64,000 nt of DNA. Origin: Eledone cirrhosa. Lineage: Eukaryota. A model generated the notes under the pieces. The model searched no databases, was not told the DNA's origin, and was given only the letters and a program-made list of their open reading frames with translations. Shown here piece by piece: positions 51,881-64,000 of the stretch. The position numbers were made by a program, and so were the translations under genes. Position 1 is the stretch's first letter; every line of letters begins with the position of its first letter. Location of the stretch: contig OZ024747.1 of assembly GCA_964016885.1 (NCBI GenBank), positions 6,076,001 through 6,140,000 of the forward strand. Reading direction: 5' to 3'.

Positions 51881-52690
51881 GATTAGCTTTCACTGTATTT
51901 TTGACTAAAGAAATTTTAGCCTGATAATGGGGTTTAGAACCCTCAGGTAAATGGAAAAAGATGAGTATTGACGTCATTTATCTGAGGGTTCTAAACCCCA
52001 TTATCAGGCTAAAATTTCTTTAGTCAAAAATACGGTGAAAGCTAATCTATTTTCTAATTTCAAACCTGCTCAGTGTTTCAAAACATACTTACTTGTCATA
52101 TATATATATATATATATATACACATGCCTTTGCCTATATCATATATAGTGTATAAGTTGCAATGACACTAGTGCCATATTGGCATGGGGAAGGGAAACTT
52201 TAATGCATCAGTGGCTGTTGGTTTGCCACAAAATACCCTGCCTGGATTGGGGACCCCAGGGTACTTCAGGTTTGGAGGACACAAAAAATTACAATACACA
52301 GCAAACCCCCCAATTTTACATATCAAAGTTAGCTTGGTACAAGTAATTGGAATAGAAAAGTTGTACATACAGGTATTAATTTCAAAAATTCTAACCATCC
52401 TAAAATTAAAAAGCCCAGCTGAGGGCACAATTAAATTATTATGGCTGTCACTGGTAGGCCCCACACTGCAGGGGTCCCCGGGCAATTGCCCTCTATTAAA
52501 TCCGGCCCTGCCCAGAGTCAGTCAGTCATTGGTGGAAATAACAAAAAACAAAGCAAAACCATTTCATGACCAGTCATGACTGACAGGGAGCCCTTTTCTT
52601 TCTTACTCTGTTATTGTTTTCTTTTGTGCTTCTTTGTATAGAAATCTGTAGACATTTCTATTTATCATGTCTGTCTGTGTGTCTCTTCAG

Positions 52691-52842
52691 CTTCTGAACC
52701 AGCTGGCAAGATCCTTGACTCCAGTGCTCGGTGCTATAATTATAAAATGAAGTTCTCTCACAAACAGTACACTTTTGGAGAAACTGACAACACCACCTTC
52801 TATGTATATGTCTATGGTTTCAAAACACCATTTTCTCTGCAG
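52691..52842 (+). CDS. ATRN: Attractin exon, membrane-proximal domain
   Basis: cttcag|CTTC...TGCAG|gttggt; YKMKFSHKQYTFGETDNTTFYVYVYGFKTPFSLQ. Confidence 0.91.
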
Positions 52843-53248
52843 GTTGGTTGATTTGACACATCTTATTTTTAGTATGACTTAGTCTTTTTGTGGTTGTGTG
52901 TTTGTGTGTATGTATATCTGTCTGTATGTCTGTGTCTGTCTAACTGTTTGTATGTTTCTCTCCGTATGTGTGTGTGTCTGTTTCTATCTCTGTATATCTG
53001 TCGGTGTGTCTGTTTGTCTCTCTCTCTCTGTTTGTAAATAAGACCATCGACTGCCTTAACCTGCAAAGAAAATACTCAGAAAATACTATTAAACCAATGA
53101 TGACGACGATGTTGATGATGTTGACGACGATGACTGCAACGGTGAAGTTGACTGATAGTGACAATGACAAAATTGATGACAATGATGACAATAACAATCA
53201 TGTTACCAATTGATCAGTTGCTATCATCCTTTCTATTATTTCCCTCAG

Positions 53249-53307
53249 ATAACATTTACACAACAAAGAAATATTGATCTGGTTAACTTTTTCGTCACCT
53301 TCTTTAG
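53249..53307 (+). CDS. ATRN: Attractin exon leading into the transmembrane segment
   Basis: cctcag|ATAA...TTTAG|gtaag; ITFTQQRNIDLVNFFVTFF (compare the attractin motif DLVQFFVTFFSCF). Confidence 0.92.
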
Positions 53308-53365
53308 GTAAGACACCTTTTGTATTCATTATTATTATTATTTTCATTATTATTATTATTATATA

Positions 53366-53560
53366 GGCGGTGGATTGGCAGTATTGGTAGAGGGTCGGAC
53401 GCCATGCTTTGACGCACAGAGTTACGGCCCTTGCCATTCTGAGTTCAAATCCCGCCGAGGTTAACTTTGCCTTTCATCCTTACGGGGTCGATAAAATGAA
53501 GTACCAGTAATACACTGGGTAATTGCTGGCCTTGTGCCAAAAGTAGAAACAATTATTATT
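53366..53560 (+). mobile_element. tRNA-derived SINE family A (representative copy; others near 1-140, 308-490, 21925-22075, 22305-22480, 22568-22752, 53566-54160, and 60731-60947 on -)
   Basis: A-box-like TGGCAGTATTGG, B-box GAGTTCAAATCC, body GCCTTTCATCCTTACGGGGTCGATAAAAT, (ATT)n tail; many copies. Confidence 0.85.
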
Positions 53561-54733
53561 ATTTTCAGGCATAGAGTTACCTCCCTTTACAGTCTGGGTT
53601 CAATTCCTGCCGAGGTCAACTTTGCTTTTCATCTCTACGGGGTCGATAAAATAAAGTACCAGTAATACACTTGTGCCAAAAGTAGAAATAATAATAATTA
53701 CTATTATTATTGAGGGCAGTGGTTTGGCAGTATTGGTAAAGTGTCAGATAAAATGTTTTGTAGCAGTTCTCCCTTCTCTTGAGTTCAAATCCCTTCTACC
53801 TGCTCTTGAGTTCAAATCCCACCGAGGTCAACTTAGCCTTTTATCATTCCAAGGTCAATAAAATACAATACCAGTTGAATACTGGTGTCAAAATAATCAC
53901 CTTTCCCTTCCTACAAATTGCAGGCATTGTACCTTGATTAGAACATTTCATTGTTATTTGTGAAGGGCGTTGGATTGGTAGTGTTGGACAACATGCTTTG
54001 CAGTATAGAGTTATGGCCCTTTACATTCTGTGTTCAAATTCTGCTGACGGGTTGATAAAGTACCAGTAGCGCACTAGGGTCAATTTAATTGACTTTCTCT
54101 TCCTTCAAAAATTGTTGGCCTTGTGCCTAAATCAGAAACCATTATTATTATTATTATTAATTTATGTGTACCAGTTATACATTGGAGTCGTGGGGGTGAT
54201 TCAACACTGATTACAATCTTTCTAAAAAAAAAACAATTGCTCCTCTAGATTAATAAAATAAATTGTTATTGCTGTTATTATTAAAATCAAGTACCAGTCA
54301 TGTCTTGGGGAAAACCCCCTGCCCCTCCCCCTCTTTAAATGTGTGGCTTTTTTTATATGTTGTTACCATTTTGAATTGTCATCCAATAATGTCTTCACTA
54401 TTATATTTCTATTGTTCATTATTCTAACAATTTATTAAATAAAATTATTTTAATCTTATATATATATAGGAAAAAGTAAGACCCCGACGGCAGACCTCAA
54501 GCCGTTTCGATGGCTATTTCTGGACTAGAAATAGCTGTCGAAACGGCTTGAGCTCTGCCGTCGGGGTCATACTTTTTCCTATTTCCCACTCTACTACCCT
54601 AAGTATTGAGTACTCTGGTGCATTATGGTCCATCTGGTTCCTTACCACAATTCCTTTGTTATATATATATATATATATATACACATACAATATACATTAT
54701 AGCTGGGTATATTAGTATTTCATTTGATATATA

Positions 54734-54869
54734 TGAGGTGTGTCAGAAAAGAAACAGGACTAGGTCGCAAAAAAATATCTCAAATTCAAACTACAAGTTT
54801 TCTTCTTCGAGATAATACCCCACTGATAGCTCAGGCAGCACACTAAGTCCACCTTTCTGACACACCTCG
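54734..54869. mobile_element. Mariner-like MITE remnant
   Basis: TIRs GAGGTGTGTCAGAAA...TTTCTGACACACCTC. Confidence 0.7.
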
Positions 54870-55074
54870 GACAATAAACATTATAGTTGGATACATTGGT
54901 ATTTCATTTGAAAAGTAGTCCTCTTGGAACCACAACAAAAAACTCCCAGTCCACTCTGCATTTCCCCATGCATTGAGTACTCCCATGATTAGAGGTCTCC
55001 CAGGTTTCCATACTGCAGACTCTCTGTCTCCATACTGCAGACTCTCTGTCTCCATACTGCAGACTCTCTCGCTC

Positions 55075-55105
<31 letters not shown>

Positions 55106-56173
55106 GTATATATGCAAAAGGTAAACAGAAATAACAAATCAAACAACACAGTATGATGAAATATATTAGTTTCATGCTTGTTATGAGAAGAGTCTTCATG
55201 TTTCGGATGCTAGTCCTTCATCAGAAAGTTGGTTGTGCTTTGAAAAGTTGTCATTGACTGCTTCTGTATGCTGCTGAAAAGGAAAAAAATCCATTTATAT
55301 ATAGAGTGGATATGTAGGTGTGTATGTGTTTCTGTTGTTTGTCTGTACAAAGCTATGAGGATATGCGTGTGTATATGTTTGTGTGCAATCACACACACAC
55401 ATCCTCATAGATGTGTACAGACAAAAACAGAAACACATACTTACGCACCTACATATCCACTCTATATATAAAAGGATTTTTTTCCTTTTCAGAAGGAACC
55501 AGAAGCAGTGAATGACAACTTTTCAAAACACAACCAACTTAACTTCTTATACCGTTGTTGAGTTCAAGTTTTCCAAGAGATGCCAACCTGAATAAACCTG
55601 CTTTTGTACAAACTTTTATATAATTCAGCCATTACGCATTCTCTTCTTTCTATTTGCATACTAGCTTAGGTTAGGCTAGGTGTTCTGTTGTGAGACTAGC
55701 CAGATCAGGTGACCATGTCTTGCTCATACAAAACTGTTTCTAGCTTGGTTTCTATGGCTGGATGCCCTTCCTAACACCAACCACATTTTACAGTGTGGAC
55801 TGGGTGCTTTTTATCATGTCACCAACATGACCGTTTTACAGTGTTGACTGGGTGCTTTTGGTCGTGACACCTACACAACCATTTTACAGTGTTGACTGGG
55901 TGCTTTTGGTCATGACAACCTCACGACCACTTTAGTGTGGACTGGGTGCTTTTTGTTGTGACACCTACATGACCACTTTACAGTGTGGGCTGGAGGAGGT
56001 CCATGAGGATTGGAGAGGTAGATCTAGGGTGGGATGTAGGGACGTGGATGAAGGGTTGGGGTGTTAAGGCATTGACCCTCAAGTTCATTGGGTTCCTACA
56101 TTGGATTTTCACCTTGGAACTGGAGTTTTACTGGATTTTTATTTTCATATCACTATTATTGATTGCTTTATTA

Positions 56174-56205
<32 letters not shown>

Positions 56206-56509
56206 GTATGTATGTATATATATAAATATGTATATATAGGAGGCACATGGCTTAGTGGTTAGAGCATTGGCCTTGCAATCGAAAGGGTATGAGTTCAATT
56301 CTCAGACCGGGTGATGTGTTGTTTCCTTGAGCAAGACACTTTATTTCACATTGCTCCAGTTTACTCAGCTGTAGAAATGAGATGATAGGGACTGGTGTCC
56401 CTATCATTCCACTGCAAAGTGGTCGTGGAGGTGCCACGGCAAAAAAAGCACCCAGCACTCACTGTAAATGAGGTTGGTGTTAGGAAGGGCATCCAGCTGT
56501 AGAAATCAA

Positions 56510-58670
56510 ATGGAATAAAATGGAATTTCTGCCTACTCCTTTCCTACATACTGAGCATGGCCATTTCCCAGAGGGGACCAGTGCCCTATTTTCCTTTCTA
56601 CATACTAGAACTTTAGTCTTAGTCAAGTTAACTTTAAGACCTTTTGATTCTAGGCCATTCTTCCTTGTTTGGAATCTCTTCTCTAGTTCAGCCATAGATT
56701 CAGCTATGAGCGTTAGATCGTCTGCGTATAGAAGTTCCCATGGGCAGCCAGTCTTAAACCCCTCTGTTATGGCCTGAAGGGCAATAATAAATAGGAGGGG
56801 GCTAAGGACAGAGCCCTGATGGACACCAATTTTTACGCTAAATTCTTCACTATATTCGTTGTTAATTCTAACCTTGCTGACTGTTTCTTTATACATGGCT
56901 TGTATAGATCTCACAAGCCATTCATCAACCCCTAGTTTTCTAAGATAATGGTGTGGGGGACTCTGTAAAAGACTTTCTCCAAGTCAACAAAAGCTAAGTA
57001 GAGGGGTTTACTTTTAGCTAGGTACTTCTCCTGTAGTTGTTGTACAAGGAAAAGGGCGTCTGTGGTACTTTTACCTGACACAAACCTAAACTGCATTTCG
57101 TCTAGATCAATTTGCTCTCTGATTAGTTGCACTATAACTTTTTCTGTGACCTTCATGACCTGGTCAATTAATTTAATGCCTCTATAGTTTCCTCTATCTA
57201 GTGCATCTCCTTTACCCTTGTAGCAGTTAATGATGATGCTGCTATGCCAGTCATTTGGTATGACCCCCGTTCTGTATGACTTAGTTTACTATCCGTTCCA
57301 GATGCTTTCAGCATTTCAACAACTATCTCTGAAGGCCCAGCTGCCTTGCCTGTCTTCATATCTTTGATTGCCTTACTTATTATACTACCTTCAATTTGTT
57401 CTGCTGGTCCCTCTATTGGATCGATGTGGGGCAGACTATCTTTGTCCCATTTATTCTCCTCATTTAGTAGCCTCTCGTAGCGACACTTCCAAGCTACCTT
57501 CTTATCAGCGTCAGTGATGGCAAGTACACCATCATCATTACGGACACACTTCTCCCCGACAATATCACGGTTTTCCTTGAAACAGTGGAAATAAATAAAT
57601 AAATAAATAAGCCAAAAAAGAAGAAAAAAAATTATAATAATAATTTTGAAGAATGAAAATTCAACAAAAAAAATATATGAAATATATTCCTTTATATGCC
57701 TAGCAATCCTGAACACCTCACGTTTTTGGCCCTCGCGTTGTAGAACATGCTTGAACTTTCTTTCCTCTGCTTCCCTTTTTGCGAAGTACACTTGTCTCCT
57801 AGCTTCCCTCCTGGCCACTTGATAGTCTTCTCTACTTTCCCCATCCTGCCATACTTTCCAAGCCTGCTTTTTGGCCTTGATTGACTCCTCCACCTTACTG
57901 TTCCACCACCACGTTACTCTCCTCCTGCCTATAGGTCTGCTCCAGCCACAGATTTCATCTGTCGCCTTCAGCAGGTTAACTTTCAGGAATTCCCACTGTT
58001 CCTCTATATTGTACAACTCTAATTGCTCTTCCTTATTGTCAAAAGCATCAAGTAATATGCTTTTAAATTTGTTACTGGCTGCGGGGTCCTTTAACTTCCA
58101 TATTCTTCTCCTTAGGGTAGTCCTCCTCTGTTGTCGAGTACGTCTCGTCCTGACTATGAGGTCGCTAACTATGAGGCTATGTTGGGAGGTGCATTCTTCA
58201 TGGGGGAGGGATTTAGTGTTTACAACAGACACTCTGTCATGCCTTCTGGTAAGGATATAATCTATGACTGGCGTGTTCCCCTGATCTATATGTGATCAAG
58301 TGATTGTCTTGCTTTTTGAAGTTTGTGTTACAGATAGTTAGGTTATTTGCGTCACAGAATTCCAGGATTCTGAAGCTTTCCTCATTTCTAGTACCAAACC
58401 CATAGACTCCATGGATTCCGTCATAGCCGTCACAATGTTGTCCAACGTGACCATTTAGGTCGCCAGCAATAATTATGTAGTCATTGGGAGGTAGTGAACA
58501 TTAGCGACTCATAGAATCTGTCTTTTATAACGCCAGGTAGTCTGGATTGGGGTGCATACGTGGATATTATTGTCACAGTAGTTCTATTTAGGACAAGTCT
58601 TATTTTAATTATTCTGTCGTTCACTCTATTTACGTCTATTATCTTAATCGCTGCTTTCACCCTTGCTGTA
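56510..58670 (-). mobile_element. Degenerate RTE-type LINE (AP endonuclease + RT, frameshifted)
   Basis: TIISTYAPQ, TSQHSLIVSD, TWWWN, KAAGPSEI, STTDALF, AFVDLEK, GVHQGSVLSPLLF, ELLYADDL, WPCSVCRKGVGRNSI spread over several broken frames. Confidence 0.92.
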
Positions 58671-58725
58671 TGGTTTTTATATATTTGATATATATTTATG
58701 TGCATGAACGACAAAGCTTAGATGA

Positions 58726-58872
58726 GTTGAGAGAGAAACTGTGTATAAGAGGGATAAGTTGTGGTGTGCGGGAGAAAAGGCTGAGATGGTATGGACATGT
58801 GATGTGCATGGAGGATGACCGCTGGGTAAAGAAGTGCCAAGAAATCCTAGTCGAAGGAAGACGCAGTAGAGG
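58726..58872 (+). mobile_element. RTE LINE C-terminal fragment in the opposite orientation
   Basis: ELREKL..RLRWYGHVMCMEDDRWVKKC..VEGRRSRG. Confidence 0.8.
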
Positions 58873-59555
58873 TCATCTATGCTTTGTCGTTCACGCACAT
58901 AAATATATATCAAATATATATTTTATATATGTTTATGCCATTTCTATATTAAACTTGATGTTAACACTCTATTAATGTATTGAGTACCTTACTAACTCCG
59001 GTTACCCCCGATGGAACCCACGACTCTCTCTCTCTCTCTTTCTCTCTCATATATATAAGTATACGTGTATATTACAGTTGCCTTTGTTTGGCAAATAGTT
59101 TATCTGAGACTGTTAAAACTGAATCAATGATATCATGGGAGAGCCATGTTAGTCTTTTGAGAACAGAAAAACTAGACTCATTTTACACTTATCATTTAAG
59201 TAATCAAATTTTCATGGCACTCATTGTGACCTGGTCACTGACATAAAATGTACCCAATACCCTCTGTAAGGCAGGGCCATCCAGCTATAGAAACTATGCC
59301 ACAATATGGAAGCTATGAGCAAGCTGAGCTCCCTACCACAATGTTGAAGCTTAGATTATGACAAACAGTCCAACCCATGCTAGCATGGTAAAGGGAGATA
59401 TGATGATGATGATGATGTCTTCATTACTTAATCAATATGTAATGATGGTGAAGAGTTAATGAGAAGTAATTGATAGAAATGACAACAAATCTATCACTCT
59501 CACATGTGGTGACATCACATGTCACTAATTAAGTGTTGTCATTAGTACATTAAGG

Positions 59556-60495
59556 ACCACCATCACCACAATCACCACCACTATCATCACCACCACCACC
59601 ACCACCATCACCACCACTATCATCACCACCACTATCATCACCACCACTATCATCACCACCATCACCACCATCACTACCACCACCACCACCTTCATCACCA
59701 CCACCACCTTCATCACCACCACCTTCATCACCACCACCTTCATCACCACCACCATCATCACCACCACCATCATCACCACCACCATCATCACCACCACCAT
59801 CATCACCACCACCATCATCACCACCACCACCATCACCACCACCACCACCACCACCATCACCACCACCACCATCACCATTCTTTCCCCTGCCAGCAAGGGT
59901 TAGATCAGTTATCACATGTTGTCTCTAATTAATTGTCTTCATTAATATATTATTCTATAATGACAAAGAGTTAATTAGCAGCTAATCAGCTCAAGTTATC
60001 AGTATCATATGTCGTAAGTTATCAATGACGTGATATTTACCGTATCACAACACTGGAATATGAGCAAATAATATAGTATAGATATTTGTGTGTGTGTTTA
60101 TGGTAGTGGTGGTAGTTGTAGTGGTAGCAGTAATCATGGTGGGGGTGGTAGTGGTAGCAGTGGCTGTTGTAGAGGTGGTGGCTATGGTTGCAGAGGTAGT
60201 GGTGGTTGCAGTGGTAGAGGTGGTAGCAGTGATGATGGTGGTTGCTGTGGTAGTGGTAGAGGTGGTAGTAGTGATGGTGGTGGTTGTGGTAGCAGTGGTG
60301 GTAGCAGTGGTGGTGGTAGCAGTGGTGGTGGTGGTGGTGGTGGTAGTGGTAGAGGTGGCTGTAGTGGTAGAGGTGGTGTTAGTGGTGATGGTGGTGGTGG
60401 TCGTGGTGGTCGTTGTCGAGGTGGTGGTGGTTGCTGTGGTGGTGATGGTTGCAGTGGTAGTGGTAGAGGTGGTGTTAGTGGTGGTGGTGGTAACA
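59556..60495. repeat. (CAC/CAT)n tract 59556-59880 and (GGT/AGT)n tract 60100-60495
   Basis: Directly visible. Confidence 0.92.
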
Positions 60496-62366
60496 GTGGA
60501 GACACAGCTTACCAGATAATCAAGTCTCTTCTAATGCAGCAAATATTTTGATTGACTTTATTTCCAGATATTGACAGACCACCACAATGCCAAATAATGG
60601 ATTAGATTCACTATTATCCTCAGAACTCTTAGAGTTCTTTCTGTATGTTTCTATAAAGAAGCTGAGGCCTCCTCAACCTGTGATAACCCCTCTCACCCAG
60701 TCATAGTACACATAAAATGATGTTAATAATAATTGTTTCTACTTTAGGCACAAGGCCAGCAAATACCACCATCACCACCACCTTACATCACCCACATACA
60801 TTACTGGTACTTTATTTTATCGACCCCGTAAGGATGAAAGGCAAAGTTAACCTCGGCGGGATTTGAACTCAGACTGTAAAGGGACGTAACTCTATGCATC
60901 AAAGCATGACGTCCGACCCTCTACCGATACTGCCGATTCACCGCCCTTGACGGTGAAATGACGTTAATAATAATAATTGCTTCTACTTTTGGCACAAGGC
61001 CACGTTAATAATAATAATTGTTTCTACTTTAGGCACAAGGCCAGCAATAATGATGTAGTAGTCAGTCAGTTATGATAGGTCCTATCTGTGACAGCCAACT
61101 AAAGGTTAGTCATAGTAGTCAGTCAGTTATGATAGGTCCTATCTATGACTAAAGCTTGGTCATAATAGTCAGACAGTAATGTATATATATATATATATCT
61201 GTGTGTAGGTGTTTTAACCCGTTGATACCAAACCCCATAAAACTGCCCCTTAGTTCTACAATATGGAACTGTTTGTCTGAAAGTGTTTATATTTATCTAA
61301 AAACATTCCATCACAATTTTATGTAACAATGGGGTAGATGTGGGCTCCATAAGCTGTAGTGAAGGCAATCTGTCTAGGAGAGTAGACACTCCAAATAAAA
61401 ACTAACAGGGTGGAAAGGATTGTGCTGGTGGCACAAATAATGCACCCAACCCACACTGAGGTGGTTGGTGGTAGGAAGGGCACCCAGCCAGAAAAAAACC
61501 CCTGCCAAAATATGAACAGTACAACCTTTGTTAAGCTATGTTCCAAACACCAGCTTAATAATGAGAAAGTTAGCTATATTACTAAACCCCTCCAAATTCT
61601 TGATTACTTTCCAAATGATTTGAAAATTATAGGCTGTGTCTTTCATCTCAACTTTGGCAACAAATCGGTTAATTCACCAGAGTGTGATTTGAAAGGTTTT
61701 GCTGCTATCTCTAGCAGAACAAGTGACCATAAAGAGGGAGACTGACTTAATAAATAATACAATGATTGTCGGTTAAGGACTCAAGAGAGGACAAAGGACA
61801 ATGTATGAGGCATTAGACTTTATCTCTCTGTTTACGCTATACACACACACACATGTCTATATATACACATGCATAGGTATACACACACATATATACACAT
61901 GCATATATTTACATCATCATCATACATCTGTTTTCCCTGTTAGCAATCTCCCCCCCCCCCCCCTCTCTCTACATCTATATCTATCTCTATATATATATAT
62001 ACTATTTATAAAAAACACTAAAGAATCAATTGTAAAGCTTATATATATATATATGTATGTATGGGTACATATATATATAATATATATATATACGGGATAA
62101 CAGATTATTGTTATAGGTAGTCCACTTAGGTGCAGTCCAGTAGGGGTACTCCGAGTAGTGGATGATATCAACGCTTGGCTAAGTTTGACTCAACAAGGCG
62201 TTTCCATAGTGATGCTGTGAGTACGCAGTGATTTCTATTAACACTTGCAGTAATGATAAATCAAGAAAAAAGAGTGACACGGTTTGCTATACAAAAAAGG
62301 TTTTTAAACATATGATTAAAAACCTTTTTTGTATAGCAAACCGTGTCCCTCTTTTTTCTTGATTTA

Positions 62367-62415
<49 letters not shown>

Positions 62416-63260
62416 AATATAATTTAGTGAGAATCGCATTTCGGGGGGTAGAAATTAGCGAAACGCAACTTCCATATTGTGCTGACAAGCGCTCCATGGA
62501 TCTGAAGAAGATACCAGAGCTATAAACATAAGTTAAAATGGTCATACACGCTGAGACGATGGTTAAGAAGCCATTAACCACCATAGCCAAAAAAGCGAAC
62601 AAGCTAAACGGGTCAAACAAAATGAGATATGATTGAAATATTTACCCGGACCCTTCTTTGGAAGATGGAATACTCTGAAAGTGGGTTTCTGCAATGCCTA
62701 AATCAATAATACTGTCTGCTTATAAAAATAAGCTTTTGGTATAAAGACTGAACAAGGCATCGCTTTCTCAACGGATTTTTGTTCTTCTGTCGGCAGACTC
62801 TCGCAGGTTATGAAAGCACATGCGAGAATCTAAGTGGAGAAAACCCCTATTTTGGCCAGTGAATTCAGCATGTGTAGTTGCAAAAACCGCACAAAACGAA
62901 TTAAGCTCTCTACCGAGTTGTTTTAAAAATAAACTTAAGCGATTAATCAGTCAATAGAATATAAGTTGAATTTACTGGTTAAGACCAGCACAACTCTTAT
63001 CTAATTTAGTACTCTGTACTTACAAAAAGTAGGGTGTAGATATCAGGAGGATTTTTTTTGTGCCCTAGAGTAAAAGCTTAACTGTAGGGCAGAAAAACCT
63101 TATATGTTGTTTTGCTCTAGATCCAAACACAAACCTGAAACAAGAGAGAGAGGGGTTGTAGTAGTAGTTTTATTCAGGGACACAGCTAATGTGTCTATCT
63201 AGGACTGGTGCCCCTTATTGGCACAGTGTCACAGAAATGTGAGGTACAACAATATCTGAA

Positions 63261-63518
63261 TGGAGGGCTGTATAGTTAGAGAGAGGAGGGTGTTAGCAGT
63301 GGGAGGGCTGTACAGTTAGAGAGAGGGGTAAGGTGTTAACAGTGGGAGGGCTGTACAGTTAGAGAGAGGGGGAAGGTGTTAGCAGTGGGAGGGCTGTATA
63401 GTTAGAGAGAGGGGGAAGGTGTTAGCAGTGGGAGGGCTATACAGTTAGAGAGAGGGGTAAGGTGTTAACAGTGGGAGGGCTGTACAGTTAGAGAGAGGGG
63501 TCAGGTGTTAGCAGTGGA
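63261..63518. repeat. 43-bp G-rich tandem repeat, about 6 copies
   Basis: GGGAGGGCTGTACAGTTAGAGAGAGGGGTAAGGTGTTAACAGT. Confidence 0.92.
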
Positions 63519-64000
63519 ATCAGGAACCTAGAAATGTTTGTAATTAGTCTTTGAAATGTCTCTGGTATTTGTCACTATTTTAAGTGAATGTGTGACCTTG
63601 AGTGTGTGTAATACCTCTGTTGAGTGAGAGAGAGAGAGTGTGCTCGCAAGAAATACAATTCTAATTTTATTTATATATATATATATATCATCACTGTTTT
63701 ACGTCCGTTCTTCCACGCTAGCATGGGTTAAACGGGTTGTCCTGTTGTGGGCAGTGTCCAGTCGGCTGACCTTGTTTTGCTCATACAGGAACTGATATAT
63801 ATATATGCATGTATATATTTGTATATATATGTATACATATATGTACGTACATATATGTATAAATATATGCATATATAAATAAAAGCAATCATATTTTAGA
63901 AACATTGAGTGGATTATGTATTTAAAATGTGTATTAACTTAACAGCTTCATATGTATGTGATATGATAAACACATACATATATCTAACACACGATAACAC

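Noticed and set aside
53308-64000. Attractin TM/cytoplasmic exons
   Set aside because: No exon encoding a CFLSLL...WKIK-like sequence was found by eye; probably beyond the window.

Overview
Eukaryotic, AT-rich, repeat-dense genomic DNA. The SINE, MITE and (AT)n content suggests an invertebrate, probably a coleoid cephalopod (inference). I could trace 23 internal + strand exons (11481-53307, 2937 nt, about 979 codons, all GT-AG and phase-compatible) of an attractin-family gene with CUB, EGF, kelch, PSI and laminin-EGF domains up to the start of the TM region. I did not find the first exon(s) or the TM/cytoplasmic exons; they probably lie outside the window. The main find is in the intron that splits the CUB domain: a young Penelope-like retroelement (RT + C-terminal GIY-YIG, Naiad/Neptune-like; 15035-21450) inserted in a GGTAGTGT(AT)n satellite. 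It has a head-to-head layout with a 956-bp inverted repeat, three copies of a minimal hammerhead ribozyme, an ETS/NRF1/YY1 motif cluster in each pseudo-LTR, and an ORF split by a frameshift inside a (CA)n/(AAC)n tract. The rest is tRNA-derived SINEs, RTE LINE fragments, piggyBac- and Tc1/mariner-type MITEs, decayed hammerhead/hairpin relics and several satellites, two of which derive from dispersed repeats. Most long ORFs in the track are repeat artefacts.
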